Shown: in pieces, positions 50,598 through 56,158 of the stretch | Position numbering within the stretch: the first letter of the stretch is position 1 | How the letters are laid out: each line of letters starts with the position of its first letter | From: an uncultured bacterium | GTDB lineage: Bacteria > Patescibacteriota > JAHJAL01 | Direction: 5' to 3' | NCBI GenBank assembly: GCA_938004065.1 | Contig: CALKWM010000003.1 | Location: 1-56,158 of the forward strand | DNA length: 56,158 nucleotides | Translations under genes and position numbers: made by a program | The notes under the pieces: generated by a model | Seen by the model: the letters and a program-made list of their open reading frames with translations, nothing else | Databases searched by the model: none | What the model was told of the DNA's origin: nothing

Positions 50598-51740
50598 TTA
50601 GTAATTCATTACTCTGCGAAGCTTCCTCTCCACATGCACCAATATTTCATATGGTATTGTCCCACAAATACAAGCAATATTTTCCACCGAATTTCTATCT
50701 TTCGGATTAGAAGAAATAACTACCACTTCATCCCCAATTTTAGCATCATTAACCTCACTTACATCAATCGAAGTGATATCCATACTAACTCGCCCCACAA
50801 TCGGACAAAAATCATTTCCAATTTTTACATAACCACAATTTGACAATCGCCGGTCAATCCCTTCAAAATACCCCATCGGTATTGTTGCCACCTTCATGTT
50901 TCTTTTAGCTTCAAATGTACAGTTATAACCAATTTTTTCACCTTTTTTGACTTCACGAATCGAGGAAATAGCAGTTTGAACTTCCATAACCGGCTTCAAA
51001 TCTAAATTAAGCTTAGAATCGACATTGATTCCATACAAACCCAAACCCAAGCGCATCAGATTTGCATCAATTTTTTTATTAAAATTCAAACTAGACGTCG
51101 CGCCCAAATGCCAATGTTTAATATCTGGAAACTCCCCCCTCAATAGTCGCACAACATTATTCCACCTCTTTATTTGTTTACTAGTAAAATTTTCATTATC
51201 GCTATCCCCATCAGCCAAATGCGAACAAACCCCATCCAATTCAACATTTTCATTTGATTTAATCAAATGAATCACCTCATCAATTTCTTCCAATTCTATC
51301 CCCTGCCGATTCATCCCGGTATCAATTTTCAAATGAAATTTAGTTTTTCTGGTTAATTTTGCTGACAATTCCTTTAACCATTCCAAATCTGCAATTACAA
51401 AACTGACATCATCCAAATTTGAATTTAAAACATTTGACATCATCGAAAATCCTACTATCAATATTGGCATTTCTATCTTTTCATTTCGAAGCACCAATGC
51501 CTCGTAAAAACTATCAACCACCAACATCGGCGGTTTATGTTTTTCCAAAATTTTTGCAATTTCTATCAATCCATGTCCATAAGCATTGCTTTTCAAAACC
51601 GGCGCCACCCCCACTTTATTCCCAACAAGTTTTTGTACAATATGTAAATTATGTTCCAAATTTGATCTATTGATCAACACTTTCACCAACTGATCATAGT
51701 TATAATAATCAGCCCTGATTTTACGAAATAAATTACGCAT
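50598..51740 (-). CDS. alr: alanine racemase
   Basis: Contains PVLKSNAYGHG with the PLP lysine and a C-terminal beta domain. Confidence 0.9.
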   Translation of the reverse strand: MRNLFRKIRADYYNYDQLVKVLINRSNLEHNLHIVQKLVGNKVGVAPVLKSNAYGHGLIEIAKILEKHKPPMLVVDSFYEALVLRNEKIEMPILIVGFSMMSNVLNSNLDDVSFVIADLEWLKELSAKLTRKTKFHLKIDTGMNRQGIELEEIDEVIHLIKSNENVELDGVCSHLADGDSDNENFTSKQIKRWNNVVRLLRGEFPDIKHWHLGATSSLNFNKKIDANLMRLGLGLYGINVDSKLNLDLKPVMEVQTAISSIREVKKGEKIGYNCTFEAKRNMKVATIPMGYFEGIDRRLSNCGYVKIGNDFCPIVGRVSMDITSIDVSEVNDAKIGDEVVVISSNPKDRNSVENIACICGTIPYEILVHVERKLRRVMNY

Positions 51741-51779
51741 AAAAAAAATTTACGTTATTGCTCTTTTAATAATCATATC

Positions 51780-51800
51780 AAAAAAACCGAATAATTCGGT
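51780..51800 (-). terminator. hairpin plus T-run downstream of the tRNA-Ala array
   Basis: The accgaat a attcggt palindrome is followed by T7 on the minus strand. Confidence 0.55.
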
Positions 51801-51833
51801 CCATAACAAATTACATCACTTTATATCCTCATT

Positions 51834-51868
51834 TTACTTAATTTCTTATTACTTACTTCTTATTTCTC
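51834..51868 (-). repeat. five 7-nt units (AAGAAAT/AAGTAAT family on the minus strand)
   Basis: ttactta atttctt attactt acttctt atttctc. Confidence 0.75.
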
Positions 51869-51912
51869 ACACCAATCGGTGGATACGCCTTGGGCGCATA
51901 CTTCTATCAAAA

Positions 51913-52066
51913 TGGACCTTAAAGGGACTTGAACCCATGACCTGTCCGACGGTCGCCTTGCGGCTCGTCGGACCGCTCTAGCCAATAAATGGACCTTGAA
52001 GGGACTTGAACCCATGACCTGTCCGACGGTCGCCTTGCGGCTCGTCGGACCGCTCTAGCCAATAAA
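51913..52066 (-). repeat. two tandem 77-nt tRNA-Ala-derived units lacking the 5' acceptor/D-stem strand and carrying a 30-nt hairpin in place of the anticodon arm
   Basis: Each unit reads TTTA TTGGCTAGAGCG [GTCCGACGAGCCGCAAGGCGACCGTCGGAC] AGGTC ATGGG TTCAAGT CCCTT CAAGGTCC A. The period is exactly 77 nt. Confidence 0.85.
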
Positions 52067-52140
<74 letters not shown>

Positions 52141-52147
52141 GAAAAAC

Positions 52148-52190
52148 AAACTACTACAAACTTTACCAAACTATTCCAAACTTTTCAAAC
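52148..52190. repeat. four to five 10-nt periodic units (aaactactac/aaactttacc/aaactattcc/aaacttttc) directly upstream of tRNA-Ala
   Basis: Read directly; the units read AAGTTTG on the minus strand. Confidence 0.75.
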
Positions 52191-52209
52191 AGAAAATAAA
52201 TCGTTTAAT

Positions 52210-52244
52210 ACTTATCTCTTATTCCTTCTTACTTTTTACTTACC
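52210..52244 (-). repeat. five 7-nt units (acttatc tcttatt ccttctt acttttt acttacc) straddling the stop codon of the DUF360 gene
   Basis: Read directly. Confidence 0.7.
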
Positions 52245-52600
52245 TCTCGCCCATCATCTTCCACCAACCAATGTAAAGTCCAGTTTACCAACGCTACTAT
52301 CAATCCCATTCCGACAGCATTCCACAATCCCTCGATCACAAACCCTGGCACCAGTGCCGAAGTTAGCCACAACATCAAACCGTTTACTATCAGATAGAAA
52401 AATCCCAAACTGAAAATTATCGCCGGTATCGACAATATCGTTACCACCGGTTTGATAAAAGTATTCACAAATGCAAATACCAGTACCGCTCCGGCAATCG
52501 ACCAATAACTACCTTGAAAACTTACTCCAGCCAGCACATAATCCGCCAGCAAAAATCCCGCTGCATTAGCTAGCAACCTAAATAAAAATTTTTTAAACAT
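52229..52600 (-). CDS. DUF360 / phage holin family 4-like small membrane protein (YvlD-like)
   Basis: Four TM segments, with the FIKPVVTILSIPAIIFSLGFFYLIVNGLMLWL pattern. Confidence 0.65.
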   Translation of the reverse strand: MFKKFLFRLLANAAGFLLADYVLAGVSFQGSYWSIAGAVLVFAFVNTFIKPVVTILSIPAIIFSLGFFYLIVNGLMLWLTSALVPGFVIEGLWNAVGMGLIVALVNWTLHWLVEDDGREVSKK

Positions 52601-52673
52601 AAAGAAATATTACAAATAAATATAATCATTTATATTATTACAACAATTTAACCATTTAACAATTTCTCATATC

Positions 52674-54746
52674 TCACAACACCTCAAATATCCTCCTCAC
52701 CATTTTTTCCCCCACCACCTTCACTACCTTTTCCTCCCCGGCATCAATTATCCCCTTTATACTACCAAATTCTTTCAACAATTTCCTTTTTGTTTTTGGA
52801 CCCAATCCCTCAATCCGATCCAAAACCGATTTTCTCACCTCTTTCTTTCTTACGATTCTCTGATAAGAAACCGCAAACCGATGCACTTCATTTCTGATAC
52901 TTTGCAACAACAAACCCGCTAACTCCCCCTTCTCAATATCTAACTTCTTATATTCAAAAACCGTACTACCAGACAACCTGTCTTTTTCATGATTTTCTTT
53001 ATCACTTTTTTCTTGCTTCTTTGTTCTTGTTTCTTGATTTTCCTCACTTGAAACTTGATACTTGAAACTTAATACTTGATCTCTCCCTGCCCACACCTCC
53101 TCCTCTCTCTTTGCCAAACTTATTACTGGCACATCTAAACCCAACTCATCCAACACCCTTAAAACTACCCCCAACTGTCCTTTACCGCCATCAACCAATA
53201 TCAGATCGGGATATATCCATTTCTTACTATCTTTTTTTACTTTCGCAAATCTTCTCCTGAAAACCTCTTTCATCGCCCCAAAATCATCCTGCCCCTGAAA
53301 ACTTTTGATTTCAAACCGTTTATAATAACTTTTATTGAATCCTCCTTTCCACTTCTTCATCTGCTCAAACATTTTCTCTTTCTTTTCTTTTTTTATTTTT
53401 TTATGTTTATTTTTTTCCTTGATACTTGAAACTTGAAACTTGTTACTTGATTTAAGTTCCCAAACCACCATCGCCCCCACCACTCCACTATCTCCTAAAT
53501 TCGAAATATCATATCCTTCAATTCTAAAAACATCCTTAATTTTACTAAATTTATAACTATCCCAATTCAAATCATGTAACTTATTTATCAAATCTACAAT
53601 TCCCAATCCCTCATTTCTGGCAAATTTTATCACCGATTGTTGTCTCAAATATTCCATCTTGGCATTTTTATTTGCCAATTCGATCATTTGTTTTTTTTCA
53701 CCAATTTTTGGAAATTCAAACTTAATTTTTTTCTGATACTCCACTTCCATATACTCACACAAAATTTTTTGTTCAGTCAATTCCAAGGGTAGATACACAT
53801 ATTTTGGATAATCCTGTGTCCTGGCATAATAATCAACTACAAATCTGGCAAACATCTCCGGCAAATCCTCGCCCCTGTAACTCACGGCCTGCATATTGCG
53901 AATATCAACAATTTTTCCATCCCTAACCACAAGCAAAGTAACTACCCATTTATTTTTTTGTCCATAATACCCTACCACATCCACATCAATTTTTTTGGGA
54001 CTAACCACCTTCTGTCCCTCGACTATTTGATTGATATCCCGTATACGATCACGCAAAATTGCCGCCTGCTCATAATTTTTCTCATTTGCAGCCTCCTTCA
54101 TTGCATTTTTGAAAATATCAATCACATGATGAGCATTTCCCCGTAAAAACTTCTTCAAATCCGATATCATTTCTAAATACACTTTCTGTACACTCAAATC
54201 ACCCCATGCCGTTTGTGATCTCTTCTGAAATAATTCTTTCCCCGCCACACTATCCATCGGCGACACGCCTGATGAATTTTGATAAGTAAAAAAAGAAAAT
54301 ATCCTGTTTATCGAACGTAAAATCTTGTTTACTTTTAAACCGTTTGTATAAGGACCAAAATAACTCGCCCCATCTTTTTGTACTCTTCTAACAGTTATTA
54401 CTCTGGGAAAATAATCATTGGTGATCTTGATATAAATATAATTTTTGTCATCTTTCATCAAGATGTTATATTTCGGACGATATTTTTTGATCAAAGTCGT
54501 CTCCAACATCAACGCCTCCAATTCAGTATCAGTCACCAACCACTGTAAATCATCAATTTTTTCCACCAATCTTATAGTCTTGATATCAGTTTGTTCACGA
54601 TTGAAATAACTTTTTACTCTCTTGGATAAATCAAGCGCCTTACCCACGTAAATTGGTTCTTCCTGTTTATCTTTCATGATATATACTCCGGGAGATTTTG
54701 GCAGAGTCTTCAATCTTGATTCAATTTTTGAGTTATTTTTTTGCAT
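52674..54746 (-). CDS. uvrC: excinuclease ABC subunit C, with two repeat-derived insertions
   Basis: Contains GIY-YIG (GVYIMKD...IYVGKA), the endonuclease domain (IEGYDISN, LILVDGGKGQ) and a C-terminal HhH2. At 690 aa it is longer than the usual roughly 600 aa. Confidence 0.9.
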   Translation of the reverse strand: MQKNNSKIESRLKTLPKSPGVYIMKDKQEEPIYVGKALDLSKRVKSYFNREQTDIKTIRLVEKIDDLQWLVTDTELEALMLETTLIKKYRPKYNILMKDDKNYIYIKITNDYFPRVITVRRVQKDGASYFGPYTNGLKVNKILRSINRIFSFFTYQNSSGVSPMDSVAGKELFQKRSQTAWGDLSVQKVYLEMISDLKKFLRGNAHHVIDIFKNAMKEAANEKNYEQAAILRDRIRDINQIVEGQKVVSPKKIDVDVVGYYGQKNKWVVTLLVVRDGKIVDIRNMQAVSYRGEDLPEMFARFVVDYYARTQDYPKYVYLPLELTEQKILCEYMEVEYQKKIKFEFPKIGEKKQMIELANKNAKMEYLRQQSVIKFARNEGLGIVDLINKLHDLNWDSYKFSKIKDVFRIEGYDISNLGDSGVVGAMVVWELKSSNKFQVSSIKEKNKHKKIKKEKKEKMFEQMKKWKGGFNKSYYKRFEIKSFQGQDDFGAMKEVFRRRFAKVKKDSKKWIYPDLILVDGGKGQLGVVLRVLDELGLDVPVISLAKREEEVWAGRDQVLSFKYQVSSEENQETRTKKQEKSDKENHEKDRLSGSTVFEYKKLDIEKGELAGLLLQSIRNEVHRFAVSYQRIVRKKEVRKSVLDRIEGLGPKTKRKLLKEFGSIKGIIDAGEEKVVKVVGEKMVRRIFEVL
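53046..53080 (-). repeat. five tandem ACTTGNN heptamers inside uvrC
   Basis: acttgaa acttgat acttgaa acttaat acttgat encodes ...SFKYQVSS.... Confidence 0.85.
53424..53451 (-). repeat. four tandem ACTTGNN heptamers inside uvrC
   Basis: acttgaa acttgaa acttgtt acttgat encodes ...NKFQVSSIK.... Confidence 0.85.
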
Positions 54747-54812
54747 ATTACCATTATAAATTAAAAAACTTGGGGAGTTTAATTATTATCCCAAGTTTAG
54801 ATATTTTTCCTT

Positions 54813-55241
54813 TTAAAAAGCATCCGACACTTTGTACAATTTTATCGTTTTTTCATAATCAAAACCGTATTCATCACAATATTCCAGAAACTGACCTCTT
54901 TCTCCAAAAAAAATAATTTCTAGTATTTTCCTACCATCTGTCTCCCTTTTCCTCATTATCAACTCACTATCCTCGATATCCACTTTTCCATTTTTAACTA
55001 TATTATATTTTACAAACAATAAAATTAAATCTTCATTTTCTTGAAAAAATTCATACCGAAAAAAATCTTCTTCAATATCGGCTACTCTCAATATCACAAA
55101 TTCTTTCGCGTAATCATTTACCGTTTGTAATCCATAATCCCTTACCATAACACTTGCCAAAATTTTATCTTGGCTATAAATTTTTTCCACACTCACTAAA
55201 ATCACTAGAAATATCAAACCAAAACACAAATATTTATACAA
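54813..55241 (-). CDS. hypothetical secreted/membrane-anchored protein
   Basis: An N-terminal hydrophobic segment; no recognisable motifs. Confidence 0.45.
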   Translation of the reverse strand: MYKYLCFGLIFLVILVSVEKIYSQDKILASVMVRDYGLQTVNDYAKEFVILRVADIEEDFFRYEFFQENEDLILLFVKYNIVKNGKVDIEDSELIMRKRETDGRKILEIIFFGERGQFLEYCDEYGFDYEKTIKLYKVSDAF

Positions 55242-55425
55242 ATTACTTCCCCTTTCTAAGAAAATTTTTAAACAACTTTAAACAATATTTTTACAAAATC
55301 ATTTAACATACTAAACCATATCATTCTTAGATGATCATCATATTAAGAAAATATTAACAAAATCTTAAATCAATTTAATACACATCACATAACAATACCT
55401 TACACTACTTTCGTCAACTTTAACC

Positions 55426-55454
55426 TTGACATTTATTATAATGTATGCTACTAT
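55426..55454 (+). promoter_or_regulatory. candidate sigma70-type promoter
   Basis: TTGACA (55426-55431), a 17-nt spacer, then TACTAT (55449-55454). Confidence 0.3.
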
Positions 55455-55490
55455 CCCATTGTAACCAATTATTGCACATAATTAATAAAT

Positions 55491-55546
55491 AAAGAGGGTC
55501 AAAAAGACTTTTCATAAGTCATTTTCACCCTCTTTTTATTTTTATT
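55491..55546. terminator. 9-bp hairpin (aaagagggt/accctcttt) with a 27-nt loop, followed by a T-run
   Basis: Read directly. Which transcript it terminates is unclear. Confidence 0.4.
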
Positions 55547-55555
55547 CATAATAAT

Positions 55556-55881
55556 CATCAAAATGACGAATTTACTTCGGCATTTTGATTCTTCAAAAAG
55601 AAAGGGAGAGTATCGTATCGAGAGAGAAAACCTCAGTTATGCTCTCTAATACTGGGCTCCCGCAAAATTACTAGCGAAGCTTAGAATTTTGTGGGATAAA
55701 GGAGGAGCCATTCGACTTAAGTGGAGCGAAAGACGGTTTACCGGCTTACGCGAAACGAGGAGAATGTGCTCCGACGATGAACTGACTCTGTGCCGCTGGG
55801 GACCGACTAACGTGTTATCATGTTTGGTTTACGCCATCATCGCATAACCTTTAGCCTCAAAAGACCAAAGTCGGTTTTTTT
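55556..55881 (+). ncRNA. candidate structured RNA of unknown class (GC-enriched non-coding block)
   Basis: No ORF of 60 aa or more on either strand. It holds several nested helices: GGGAG-AGTAT-GAGAGAG.../CTCTCT-ATACT-CTCCC; CAAAATT/AATTTTG; and ACCGACT/AGTCGGT followed by T7 at 55876-55882. Confidence 0.35.
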
Positions 55882-55950
55882 ATGCCCAAAACTTGCTTTT
55901 ATATCATAAAAAATGTAAATTGAGAATTGATCATTGTAAATTTTTTATAC

Positions 55951-56024
55951 GCATCCGTAGCTCAACTGGATAGAGCGTCTGGCTTCGGACCAGAAGGCTG
56001 AGGGTTCGAATCCTTCCGGATGCA
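55951..56024 (+). tRNA. tRNA-Arg(TCG)
   Basis: GCATCCG TA GCTC AACTGGATA GAGC G TCTGG CTTCGGA CCAGA AGGCT GAGGG TTCGAAT CCTTC CGGATGC A. No CCA is encoded. Confidence 0.9.
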
Positions 56025-56060
56025 TTTAAGAGCAAAATAATTATTTGCTCAGTTTAGTCT

Positions 56061-56158
56061 AGGGTTCGCCCGGGCATTCGCCGGGCGTGGGGCGGATGCC
56101 CCACGAATCCTTCCGGATGCATTTAAGAGCAAAATAATTATTTGCTCAGTTTAGTCTA
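56061..56158 (+). repeat. partial tRNA-Arg copy (T-arm to 3' end plus 37-nt trailer) with two GC hairpins inserted in the T-loop; period 97 nt, cut by the window edge
   Basis: 56105-56158 is identical to 56008-56061. The insert reads CGCCCGG gcattcg CCGGGCG followed by TGGGGC ggat GCCCCA (56067-56103). Confidence 0.85.

Noticed and set aside
55556-55881. Assignment of the GC-rich block to tmRNA, SRP RNA, 6S, T-box or common riboswitch classes
   Set aside because: It lacks a tRNA-like T-arm and acceptor, the GGAAGCAGCC SRP motif, a T-box sequence and a B12 box. The TPP, glycine, lysine, glmS and ydaO cores I could recall are also absent. It is left as an unknown class rather than forced into one.

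Overview
A 56-kb, visibly AT-rich, gene-dense window (GC not computed). About 80% of genes are on the minus strand and genetic code 11 fits. Gene content and style suggest a small-genome, CPR/Patescibacteria-like bacterium; that placement is inference only. Markers include short housekeeping genes, a DUF4012-type protein, tRNA genes without encoded CCA, and a type-A RNase P RNA.

Recognisable content:
- Cell envelope: murD, an MraY/WecA-like transferase, PAP2, an LCP protein, lepB, PrsA-like PPIase, alr.
- A polysaccharide locus at 30.7-37.9 kb: DUF4012, two GT4 enzymes, a Wzz-like protein, a WbaP-like sugar transferase.
- Informational genes: rplY, der, infB, gyrA, gyrB, uvrC, tgt, ndk.
- Two Hanks-type kinases, two orphan ATP-grasp enzymes and an ArmA/Rmt-type 16S rRNA methyltransferase.
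- An ABC-F ATPase, plus an ABC exporter operon whose second permease gene is present as five tandem diverged paralogs.
- Five tRNAs and rnpB.

The features that gene calls do not explain are at the RNA and repeat level:
1. Three tRNA genes are flanked by partial tRNA copies in which the anticodon arm or the T-loop is replaced or interrupted by GC-rich hairpins.
2. A modular intergenic element family is spread through 3' UTRs and intercistronic spacers. It consists of arrays of 7-10-nt periodic repeats plus GC-rich hairpins that show compensatory changes.
3. The same 7-nt arrays also occur as in-frame insertions inside uvrC, a GT4 gene and the rRNA methyltransferase.
4. There is an unannotated 54-aa LysW-like zinc-ribbon ORF.
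5. There is a roughly 320-nt GC-enriched non-coding block upstream of tRNA-Arg(TCG).

No integrase, transposase, CRISPR array or recognisable defence genes were seen.
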